Assembly (NCBI GenBank): GCA_030526445.1
Contig: JAUNCV010000004.1
Span: forward strand, 390-33,631
DNA from: Bacteroidales bacterium
GTDB lineage: Bacteria; Bacteroidota; Bacteroidia; Bacteroidales; UBA3663
DNA length: 33,242 bases
Direction: 5' to 3'
Under the pieces are notes generated by a model that was given only the letters and a program-made list of their open reading frames with translations, made no database searches and was not told the DNA's origin. Shown here piece by piece: positions 8,642-16,171 of this stretch (position 1 is its first letter; every line of letters begins with the position of its first letter). The position numbers and the translations under genes were made by a program.

Positions 8642-10132
8642 TTAATCTTCGACCTGTGTTAATTTGTATGCCTTCTCCTTGCCGATAATCTCTGAAACGG
8701 TGAAGAGCGTGGTCATTGTGACACCCAGCAAACCATGGAGCGTGAGGCTCTGGCCCGTGAGATAGAGGTTAGGAATAGGCGTTTTGGCCGAAAGAAGGGT
8801 CATCATTGGGTTGTGATAATCCTTGCGCACACCATAGGCCGAGCCGTTGGGGGTCAAGGTGTAGTCACGATAGGTGAGCGGCGTTGAGGTGTAGCGCGCT
8901 TCGACCATGCTCTTGAGGCCCGGAATGAACTGTTCGGCCATGGCAATGCACTCATCGGCCAAGCGCTCTTTGAAGGCTTTGTACTCGTCGCCACGATGAC
9001 CAATGCGGGTGTCTTCCCACTGCTGGATGCGCTCGTAAGGAAGCGGCGTGAGGATATCGAGCACGCGGGCATCGGTGTTTGAAGGATAACCTTCGGGCAC
9101 ACGGCACGAAATGAGAATGCCGCTGACAGGGCCCTCTTGCTTGAAGTAATCCCACACATTGGGCTTGTTGTAGATGTACTGATTCCAGTTGAAATACTTG
9201 AGCATGCCAGGCTTGATGAGCAGCGAGACGGTGTACATGCCATAGGTATTCTCAAGGCGAGCAATGCGGTTGCGATAAACCTTCTTGAGCTTGGTTGACT
9301 CCTTGACAAGGTCGCAAGTCACAGCCGGATGGGCATTCGAGATGAAGATATCGGCCTCGTATGTCTCACCATTGGCACAACGCGCAGCCACAAGCTTGCC
9401 CTCCTTCTCGATGAGCTCTTCGACCCCAGCATTGCAGATGATTTCGCCACCAAACGACTTGAAGTCATCGATGAGCTTATTGACAATGAGGTTGCCATCG
9501 CCCATGAGGCGGAAACTGCCCTGCACAAAGCTGTTGTTGGCCTGCGCAAAGTTGTAGAGCGGAAGGGTCTCTTTGGCCAGCTCCATCTTGAGCGAAGAAC
9601 CCGAGAGGACATTGATGAGCAAATCGCTCTTGAAGGTCTCCTTGAGCCAATCGTAACAAGATGAGGCAAAGAGCGAAGTGGTGAAGAAATCGACCTCATC
9701 GCGCGGCATGACAGAGTCATAGAGATGCTTGCCAACCTCGCGCATGGTGTCGGCATAACGCTGTAGGCCAGCGCGCTCGTCGGGGAAGTCTTTGGCCAAA
9801 GTCTCGACAAAGGCCTCATGACCCTCAGCATAGCAATACTCTTTGCCCTCGATGGTGACACGATCAAAGCCAGATGGGTCGAGACGCAACCAAGGCAGAT
9901 CCATGAGACCCATGTTCTTGAAAGGACCATAGAGGCAATCGCCCACACCAAGGCCGCCCACATAGTGCATGCCAGTGTCGAGCCACTCGCCATGACGCTT
10001 GTAGCTCTGCATGCAGCCACCGGGCTGAATCTGGCGTTCGAGGATGAGCACTTTGTAACCCTCTTTGGCCAAGATATAGCCACACTGAAGGCCACCAAGG
10101 CCAGAGCCTACAATGATGATATCGTACTTCAT
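8642..10132 (-). CDS. NAD(P)/FAD-dependent oxidoreductase, phytoene desaturase (CrtI)-like family (496 aa)
   Basis: MKYDIIIVGSGLGGLQCGYILAKEGYKVLILERQIQPGG is a GxGxxG dinucleotide fold followed by the E-x5-GG motif typical of CrtI/amine-oxidase-like enzymes. The length is typical of the family. Confidence 0.75.
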   Translation of the reverse strand: MKYDIIIVGSGLGGLQCGYILAKEGYKVLILERQIQPGGCMQSYKRHGEWLDTGMHYVGGLGVGDCLYGPFKNMGLMDLPWLRLDPSGFDRVTIEGKEYCYAEGHEAFVETLAKDFPDERAGLQRYADTMREVGKHLYDSVMPRDEVDFFTTSLFASSCYDWLKETFKSDLLINVLSGSSLKMELAKETLPLYNFAQANNSFVQGSFRLMGDGNLIVNKLIDDFKSFGGEIICNAGVEELIEKEGKLVAARCANGETYEADIFISNAHPAVTCDLVKESTKLKKVYRNRIARLENTYGMYTVSLLIKPGMLKYFNWNQYIYNKPNVWDYFKQEGPVSGILISCRVPEGYPSNTDARVLDILTPLPYERIQQWEDTRIGHRGDEYKAFKERLADECIAMAEQFIPGLKSMVEARYTSTPLTYRDYTLTPNGSAYGVRKDYHNPMMTLLSAKTPIPNLYLTGQSLTLHGLLGVTMTTLFTVSEIIGKEKAYKLTQVED

Positions 10133-10175
10133 TATTTACAACGAATTACAACTTGGTATCAATATATTTTTTTAT

Positions 10176-10243
10176 AACAAGGAATTTAGAGGAAAATAGT
10201 TCTTTTGCAATTAATTCCTTTTAATTCCCTTAAATTCCTTGTT
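10176..10243. repeat. Perfect 13-bp inverted repeat enclosing a 3 x 10-bp tandem repeat, in the MMPL/oxidoreductase spacer
   Basis: AACAAGGAATTTA (10176-10188) and TAAATTCCTTGTT (10231-10243) are exact reverse complements. TTAATTCCTT / TTAATTCCCT / TAAATTCCTT are tandem at 10211-10240. Confidence 0.8.
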
Positions 10244-10250
10244 CCTTTAA

Positions 10251-12788
10251 TCACTTTTTCTTGTTGAGCAAACGGAACAGGAATGGCTGCACCACATAGC
10301 TGAGAACCACAGCGCTCACCATGCCCCAAAGGGTGGCAAAGCCTACGCCCTTGATGGCTGGATGCTCGGCAAAGAGCATAGAGGCCACGGTGACAATGAG
10401 CACAACGGCCGAGAAGAGAATGGCCGTTTTGTGGTAAGAAAGCAACAAGGCATCACGACCCGGCTCGCCATTGACCTCGGGCTCGGGGTTGTGTTTGCTC
10501 GCCAGCAAGCCACTCATGACAAAGATGCTATAGTCAACACCAATGCCAAAGATGAAGGTGGAGATGATGATGTTGATGAGGTTGAACTGACGCTCGAAAA
10601 TCACCATGGTGCCCAACACGATGAGCCAGCTCACAATGATTGGGAAGAAGCCGAGCAACGTGTGCTTAAGGTTGAAGCGGAACGAGAGAAGCAACACCAC
10701 AAAGACAAAAGCCATAGAGATCCACTGCAGCACGTTGAAGTCGCCATTGAGCTCGAGCAAAGTGTCTTGGGTGTAGAAATAGGTATCGAGCACCATGAGA
10801 TTAGGCTCTGAAGCAATGGCGCGGCAGATGCGCTGGTAATCAGACGAATCGCTTCGAACCACATCGTTGTTGCATCGCACCGAAGTGAAGCAGAGGAAAG
10901 AGCCATCTTTTGACTGCTCCATCATTGTGGTCTGCAAGCCCTCGGGAATGATGCCCTGCTCATAAAGTGGTTCAGGGTCATAGCTGGCAGTGGCTGCCTC
11001 GAAGAATGGGGCGAAATAGTCGGGAGCAATATCGACCTTAGGTGCGGTTTTATCGACCAGCTTGTGCACCAGATTGAGGCGCTCTTCGCTCCAGTAGTTC
11101 TGCCAAGCCTCGATGCGCTCCTGCTGAACCTTTTCGGGCACAAAGATAGTGCTGGTTGGGGTGTAGCTCTTCACGAGGCCCTCGGCCTGCAATGAGTCGA
11201 GCTTTTCGGCCATGAGAGAGAAGTTTTCGAGCGCCTCCTCCATGGTTTGACCCGATGAGGCGAAATACTGCTGCTTGTCGCCCGTATGAGTCTTGGCACG
11301 CAACAGCTCTTCGCTATAGGTCACATTTTCAGACAGATAGCCAAGATTGCGCATATCGGCATCGAAATCAACGCCACCCTTGAAATAGGCAAAGAGGCAC
11401 ACAGCGGTGAAGAGACCAATGATGCCGAGGAGCCAAGGCTTGCGATCGAACGGATAAACATTGATCTTATCGATGAGCGCAAAGGCGCGACGATTGCGAC
11501 GGTTCTTTTTAGGATTGAAGAACTGAGGCAGGAACACCAAGCTGAAGATGGTGGTGCCCACAACAGCAAACGAGGCAAACAGGCCAAAATCTTGCAGCAA
11601 CTCGGTGTTGATGAAGATGAGACCCATGAACGAGCCAATGGTGGTGAGACAGCCCAGGAAGACAGGCTGCACCTGATCGCGCAGCACCTGCTCAGGGTCG
11701 CTTAGATATTTATAATGTGTAATGACATGCAGCACATAACTGAGTGCCACACCCAGCACAATAGCACCGATGCCCAGCGCCAAAAGGCTGAACTGGCCCT
11801 TGATGAAATACATCATAGCCAAGCCGAACACTGTGCCAAAGCCCACAGGCAAGAGCAAGAGCGGAATGGTGTTCCAGTTGCGGAAACAGAAGAAAATGAA
11901 AATAAGCACAACGATGAGCGAACCCGTGATGGTGTTGCGCAAGTCGGCTTTGGTTTGCCAGGCATTGTAGGCGCCACGAGCCGTAGAGCCATGATAGCAC
12001 ACCTTGACCTGTGGTGTTGAGGCGGCATATTCATCGACCATCTTGTTGAGCATGGTGAAGAACTTGGCGCCCTGACCGGTGTTGGTGGCCGAGAAACTTG
12101 GCGTGAGGAAAGTGAGGCACACAGAGCTATCGGGCACAAAGAAATGGCCATCGATAATCTGATATGAGCCACCCAAGCCACCGACCATACCCTGCATCTG
12201 CTCCATCAGCACACCGCGCAGGCCGAGAGGGTCCATGGCAATGAGCTCGGGGAAGAGCTGACCAATAGGACTCATGCCCTGCTCGCGATTGATGGCCATC
12301 TGGCGCAACATGTGCTCTTCGGTGAAGAGAGTATCGAACGAAGCATAGGCCGAAGTATCGATATAACAAGGCAGCTGCTGGCTCATGAAGTCAACGGCAT
12401 CGAACAAAACATCCTCTTTCGAGATGGTTGAGAAGATGTTCTGGATAACGGTGTCGCCCTTAGCCTCCATCTGTGCCAAGCGCTGCTGCATGTCGGCCAC
12501 AAAACGATCGCACACAGCGGCAAGCGTATCGATGCGCTCCTCTTCGGACAAAGAGGGGTTGGCTTCGAACAGCAAGAAGGTCTTGTCCTTGATACGCAAA
12601 TCGGCAAAAGCAAGCTTGGTACTGCCATCTTCATTCTTCGACGAAGGCAGGAGCTTGGCAATGTCTTCTTCGAGGTGAATCTGAGCAGCGAAATAGCCAA
12701 AGAAACCAAACAAGAGCAGCATCAAGCTCCAGTAGAAAGCTCGATGCTCCTTGAAATAACGATAGATGCGGATGCAGAGTTCAGTCAT
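10251..12788 (-). CDS. MMPL/RND-superfamily exporter (845 aa, two 6-TM bundles)
   Basis: Two hydrophobic blocks are separated by large soluble loops, the same size and architecture as ApeM-type MMPL exporters. The ATG overlaps the upstream dehydratase stop (ATGA). Confidence 0.85.
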   Translation of the reverse strand: MTELCIRIYRYFKEHRAFYWSLMLLLFGFFGYFAAQIHLEEDIAKLLPSSKNEDGSTKLAFADLRIKDKTFLLFEANPSLSEEERIDTLAAVCDRFVADMQQRLAQMEAKGDTVIQNIFSTISKEDVLFDAVDFMSQQLPCYIDTSAYASFDTLFTEEHMLRQMAINREQGMSPIGQLFPELIAMDPLGLRGVLMEQMQGMVGGLGGSYQIIDGHFFVPDSSVCLTFLTPSFSATNTGQGAKFFTMLNKMVDEYAASTPQVKVCYHGSTARGAYNAWQTKADLRNTITGSLIVVLIFIFFCFRNWNTIPLLLLPVGFGTVFGLAMMYFIKGQFSLLALGIGAIVLGVALSYVLHVITHYKYLSDPEQVLRDQVQPVFLGCLTTIGSFMGLIFINTELLQDFGLFASFAVVGTTIFSLVFLPQFFNPKKNRRNRRAFALIDKINVYPFDRKPWLLGIIGLFTAVCLFAYFKGGVDFDADMRNLGYLSENVTYSEELLRAKTHTGDKQQYFASSGQTMEEALENFSLMAEKLDSLQAEGLVKSYTPTSTIFVPEKVQQERIEAWQNYWSEERLNLVHKLVDKTAPKVDIAPDYFAPFFEAATASYDPEPLYEQGIIPEGLQTTMMEQSKDGSFLCFTSVRCNNDVVRSDSSDYQRICRAIASEPNLMVLDTYFYTQDTLLELNGDFNVLQWISMAFVFVVLLLSFRFNLKHTLLGFFPIIVSWLIVLGTMVIFERQFNLINIIISTFIFGIGVDYSIFVMSGLLASKHNPEPEVNGEPGRDALLLSYHKTAILFSAVVLIVTVASMLFAEHPAIKGVGFATLWGMVSAVVLSYVVQPFLFRLLNKKK

Positions 12789-13162
12789 CAGAATTCAAAA
12801 GTTCCTTTAAGTTCCATATAGCTACGCTCTGCATCGGCAATGGTAGCCACTACATTGTAGGTATTTGTGCCCTCGATGGCAGCCACACTCACCTTGACAT
12901 CGACCTTAGGGCAAATGGCAGGAGAGGCAACCGCTGTGAGGCGGCACTGTTTGATGGTGTTGATCTTGAGGTCCTTGCCAGTGAGCATCTCGGCACACTC
13001 TCTGATCATTTCGATATTGCAGACACCAGGGCTTACAGGCTTGCCAGGGAAGTGACCACGATAAACATCGCAGTCGGCCTTCAGTTCGCACAGATACACT
13101 GCATCGTTGGCAGTGAGGCGCTCTTCGTGCAATACGGTAAAGAATTTATCTTTAAGTAACAT
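12788..13162 (-). CDS. Hot-dog fold beta-hydroxyacyl-ACP dehydratase (FabZ/FabA-like, 124 aa)
   Basis: YRGHFPGKPVSPGVCNIEMIRECAE matches the FabZ active-site motif (H-F-P-x-x-P-x-x-PGV). I chose the start at MLLKDKFF (13162), 2 nt after the upstream gene's stop, instead of the track's overlapping 13216. Confidence 0.8.
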   Translation of the reverse strand: MLLKDKFFTVLHEERLTANDAVYLCELKADCDVYRGHFPGKPVSPGVCNIEMIRECAEMLTGKDLKINTIKQCRLTAVASPAICPKVDVKVSVAAIEGTNTYNVVATIADAERSYMELKGTFEF

Positions 13163-13164
13163 AT

Positions 13165-13602
13165 TTATTCGACAAAAATTTTCATTTGTGTATCGGCAAC
13201 CTTGGTTTCGCCACAATAGGTCTCGCCAGTCATGAGGGTCACACCATTGACAGTAGCGCCCAAAACAATCGTGGTAGTCAACTCATCGCCCACAGCTGGA
13301 CGCACATAGCAATGGAATTTCTTCACCTCGCCAATGTATCCGATAGGCAATGGTTCGCCAGCCACAAATGCCTGATGGCCCTTGAAAGCGCTGGCACTCT
13401 GTGCAATATGTTCAATGAGACCTGGCTCGGCCATGCGGCCATCCTCCTCAATGAAATAGTTGGCAGCAGTGATGGTGAGACCAGTATGTGCAGTGTCGCC
13501 CTCGGCATCGTGAATCTTATCGACCATCACGATAGGGTCACGCTGTGGCATAAGCTTAAAGAGCTCTTCGTTTTGATAAAGCATAACACTCAAATTTGTC
13601 AT
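13165..13602 (-). CDS. Hot-dog fold dehydratase-like protein (ApeI/ApeP-like, about 139-145 aa)
   Basis: LMPQRDPIVMVDKI resembles the FabZ N-terminal LLPHRYPFLLVD motif. The alternative start at 13584 (MLYQNEE) avoids overlap with the repeat element. Confidence 0.7.
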   Translation of the reverse strand: MTNLSVMLYQNEELFKLMPQRDPIVMVDKIHDAEGDTAHTGLTITAANYFIEEDGRMAEPGLIEHIAQSASAFKGHQAFVAGEPLPIGYIGEVKKFHCYVRPAVGDELTTTIVLGATVNGVTLMTGETYCGETKVADTQMKIFVE

Positions 13603-13687
13603 CCTGAAGGGACTGAAGGATCTATAGCCATTGCAATCCTCAAAAAAAACTTCAATCTTATAGATTCTTCGGCAAGCTCAGAATGAC
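13598..13687. repeat. REP/MITE-like imperfect inverted repeat (GTCATyCTGA...GAAGrATCTATAG arms)
   Basis: The left arm is GTCATCCTGAAGGGACTGAAGGATCTATAG (13598-13627). The reverse complement of the right arm is GTCATTCTGAGCTTGCCGAAGAATCTATAAG (13657-13687). About 20 of 30 positions are identical, concentrated at both ends of the arms. Confidence 0.55.
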
Positions 13688-13771
13688 ATTTTTTTATATT
13701 TATTTAAAATGCGCAAAATGGACAATGCACACCTATTGCTGTACATTGCCCATTATAATACTTTTATCGAA

Positions 13772-14014
13772 TTAAGCCTGGTGGCTCTCGATGTAGTTGT
13801 AGAGATCCTCGAAGGTCTTAACGGTTGGAAGATCAGCAGCAGGGATCTTTACTTTGAAAGTATGCTCGATAACGGCTACAAGATCAACCAATGAAAGGCT
13901 GTCGAGCTCGAGAGCGTCCTTGATGATAGCGTCTGGAGTGATATCAGACTCTTCTACCTCAAACTCTTCTGCGAGAAGCGGATTAACCTTCTCGATGATT
14001 TCTTCTTTAGTCAT
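13772..14014 (-). CDS. Acyl carrier protein (80 aa)
   Basis: LELDSLSLVDLV contains the DSL phosphopantetheine attachment serine. The protein is small and acidic and sits next to the KS. Confidence 0.92.
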   Translation of the reverse strand: MTKEEIIEKVNPLLAEEFEVEESDITPDAIIKDALELDSLSLVDLVAVIEHTFKVKIPAADLPTVKTFEDLYNYIESHQA

Positions 14015-14043
14015 AATTAATTGTTTTTATTAGTAAGTTAGTA

Positions 14044-15270
14044 TTATTCCTTAAAATCCTTTACGATGATGGTTGAGTTGGTACCACCAAAGCCGAAGCT
14101 ATTCGAAAGGAAAGTATCGAAATGAGCCTCCTGAGTCTTGCCAATCACGTTGATGCAAGCGGTCTCCTCGTCAGGGTTCTCAAAGTTGATAGTGCCGGCA
14201 ATGAAGTTGTTCTTCATCATGAGGATTGAGTAGATACACTCCGAAGCACCAGCCATCCAGCACTCGTGACCAGTCTGGCTCTTGGTTGAGGTAACAGGCA
14301 CCTTGTAGTCGCCAAACACATTGCTGATAGCCATTGCTTCACGGCCGTCGCCAGCATGGGTCGAAGTAGCATGAGCATTAACATAACCGATAGTGGTCTT
14401 GTCGATACCAGCATTTTCGATAGCGAGCTCGATAGAACGCTGTGGGCCTGCTACGTTAGGGGTAGAGATGTGATCACCATTGCCCGAGAAGCCCCAACCA
14501 ATGATTTCGGCGATTGGTTTAGCACCACGAGCAAGAGCGCTCTCAAGGCTCTCGATGATGAGGGTTGCACCACCGCCACCTGGCACGAGGCCATTGCGAT
14601 CGCGATCGAATGGACGGCTTGCCTTAGTAGGCTCATCAATGCGGTCAGAGAATGCCTGAATGCCGTCAAAAGAACCCATGCACTCAGGATTTACCTCCTG
14701 TGCACCACCTGCAATGATACACTCCTGCAAGCCATTCTTGATGAGCAAGTAGGCCAAACCGATAGCGTGGCTACCCGAAGCACAAGCACCAGCAGTGGTG
14801 AGGTTGATGCCCTTCAGGTGATAGAGACAAGCCAGACACTGGGTAGTGTTCGAGCACATGCTCTGGAAGATAGCGCCCGAGCCACAAGCCTGTGTGCTCT
14901 TGTACTCGTAAATTTTGCTCACAGCCTCGTAAGTGCTCTTTGCAGTACTGTCGTTGCCATAAAGCAAACCTACCTCATGAGCATCAATGTACTCCTGAGT
15001 AAGGCCAGCCTGCGCAACAGCCTGCTCGGTAGCAGCATAAGCATACTGAGCCTCTTCGCTCATGAAAGTACGCATATTACGGCTGATCTTCTTCTTCAGA
15101 TCAGGCTTCTCAACGAATGAAGTGAGAGGTGAACGGAAGCCGAGTTCCTGACGAACAGGATCAATAACGATACCAGACTTACCGTTGTATAGTGATTCCT
15201 TAACGGTTTCGAGGTCGTAACCAAGGCATGACCAAATACCCATGCCGGTAATAACAACTCTATGACTCAT
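14044..15270 (-). CDS. Beta-ketoacyl-ACP synthase (FabF/FabB-like KS, 408 aa)
   Basis: MSHRVVITGMGIWSCLG is present, the active-site Cys lies in TTAGACASGSHAIG, and HATSTHAGD...GHECWMAGA supply the two His. I chose the start at MSHRVV (15270) rather than the track's 15321. Confidence 0.92.
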   Translation of the reverse strand: MSHRVVITGMGIWSCLGYDLETVKESLYNGKSGIVIDPVRQELGFRSPLTSFVEKPDLKKKISRNMRTFMSEEAQYAYAATEQAVAQAGLTQEYIDAHEVGLLYGNDSTAKSTYEAVSKIYEYKSTQACGSGAIFQSMCSNTTQCLACLYHLKGINLTTAGACASGSHAIGLAYLLIKNGLQECIIAGGAQEVNPECMGSFDGIQAFSDRIDEPTKASRPFDRDRNGLVPGGGGATLIIESLESALARGAKPIAEIIGWGFSGNGDHISTPNVAGPQRSIELAIENAGIDKTTIGYVNAHATSTHAGDGREAMAISNVFGDYKVPVTSTKSQTGHECWMAGASECIYSILMMKNNFIAGTINFENPDEETACINVIGKTQEAHFDTFLSNSFGFGGTNSTIIVKDFKE

Positions 15271-15299
15271 AATTGCAATCTTATTGTTTAATTTTGCCG

Positions 15300-15307
15300 C
15301 AAAGGTA
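15300..15307 (-). promoter_or_regulatory. Candidate -7 box (TACCTTTG) for the KS-led operon
   Basis: The minus strand reads TACCTTTG about 30 nt upstream of the KS ATG. I saw no clean TTTG at -33. Confidence 0.35.
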
Positions 15308-15405
15308 GTCATTTTTTTCAAGAAAACCGATAAACGCCCCCAAAAATGAGGCTATTTTCAACAAAACACAAGATTTTATAGACGAATTTACACTTTTTTA
15401 GTAAG

Positions 15406-15441
15406 TTTGTTTGTCATTTCCAAAGAAACCCATTATCTTTG
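15406..15441 (+). promoter_or_regulatory. Candidate Bacteroides-type promoter for ssrA
   Basis: TTTGTTTG lies at 15406-15413 and TATCTTTG at 15434-15441, a 20-nt spacer. The mature tmRNA 5' end is at 15458. Confidence 0.5.
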
Positions 15442-15457
15442 CGCCCACAAAAACACC

Positions 15458-15854
15458 GGGGCTGACTGGCTTTGACAGCGGGATGGGCCTTTGTGTAAGC
15501 ATGCAGTGAGACGTCACCTATCACTATAATCCACGATGGCGAAATATAATTGGCGAGACTAACTACGCTCTTGCTGCCTAATCGAAGTACAGTAGATTAC
15601 TGGCTTAATCGGCCGCCCAGGCGCGGCTGACAAGACATCACCCCAAGGTCGTTGTTCCGAGACCGAGGAACCGGTGGTGCAGATAAATCGGGAATAGTCT
15701 GTTGGCGGCCTCGAGTCGCAGATGAAACTTTAGAGGATAAGGAGTAACTTGGTGGTCCGGGTCTTGGTTGCTCCCGACAATTTAGGCCGGAATAAGCATG
15801 TAGAAAGCGCAGATGTCACCTGTTTGGACGAGGGTTCAAATCCCTCCAGCTCCA
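15458..15854 (+). ncRNA. ssrA: tmRNA (SsrA), about 397 nt
   Basis: The 5' end is GGGGCTGACTGGCTTTGACAGCGGG. The tag ORF GGC GAG ACT AAC TAC GCT CTT GCT GCC TAA (15552-15581) encodes GETNYALAA*. The 3' tRNA-like end is GGACGAGGGTTCAAATCCCTCCAGCTCCA, and its acceptor strand CAGCTCC pairs with the 5' GGGGCTG. Confidence 0.95.
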
Positions 15855-15867
15855 CTTCGTTTCACTT

Positions 15868-15893
15868 GGAGGGCTTTGAACCCTCCATTTTTC
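15868..15893 (+). terminator. Terminator hairpin after ssrA
   Basis: GGAGGG-ctttgaa-CCCTCC is followed by ATTTTTC. Confidence 0.7.
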
Positions 15894-15941
15894 ATTTTGC
15901 ATCTTTTAGATGCGTCCCTCCAGTTCTACTACACTACACAA

Positions 15942-15976
15942 CCTGAGGAATTTTCCCCTCGGGTTTTGTTTTTTTT
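15942..15976 (+). terminator. Second hairpin plus long T-tract
   Basis: CCTGAGG-aattttc-CCTCGGG (one G-U pair) is followed by TTTTGTTTTTTTT. Confidence 0.6.
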
Positions 15977-16171
15977 AACACACTTTGCTGCTCACAACAA
16001 ATAGCATTTCGAGACGGAAAAGCAAGAAAAATGAGACTATTTTTTATTTTTCGGTCATCATTTTGTTCATTAAAATATAAATACTTAATTTCGCGCCAAA
16101 ATTTAAATGTGAAGCAAGTGTACATATTTAATAATAATTGCATACTAAGTAACAGACTCCTTTCGACTATT

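Noticed and set aside
7802-10243. Short tandem repeats considered as a possible CRISPR array or minisatellite
   Set aside because: The repeat units are only 10-14 nt with 2-3 copies, there are no spacer-like unique segments of 25-40 nt, and no cas genes are present.
14356-15120. 254-aa plus-strand ORF inside the KS gene
   Set aside because: It is antisense to a KS whose Cys-His-His catalytic motifs are intact.
15749-16004. Track ORFs 15749..15946 and 15813..16004
   Set aside because: They overlap the 3' domain of the tmRNA and its terminators, so they are not coding.
15977-16171. Phase-variable invertible promoter (fimbrial switch) upstream of the pilus locus
   Set aside because: I found only short AT-rich palindromes (for example ATTTAAAT). 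There are no flanking inverted repeats of useful length, and no recombinase or integrase gene anywhere in the window.
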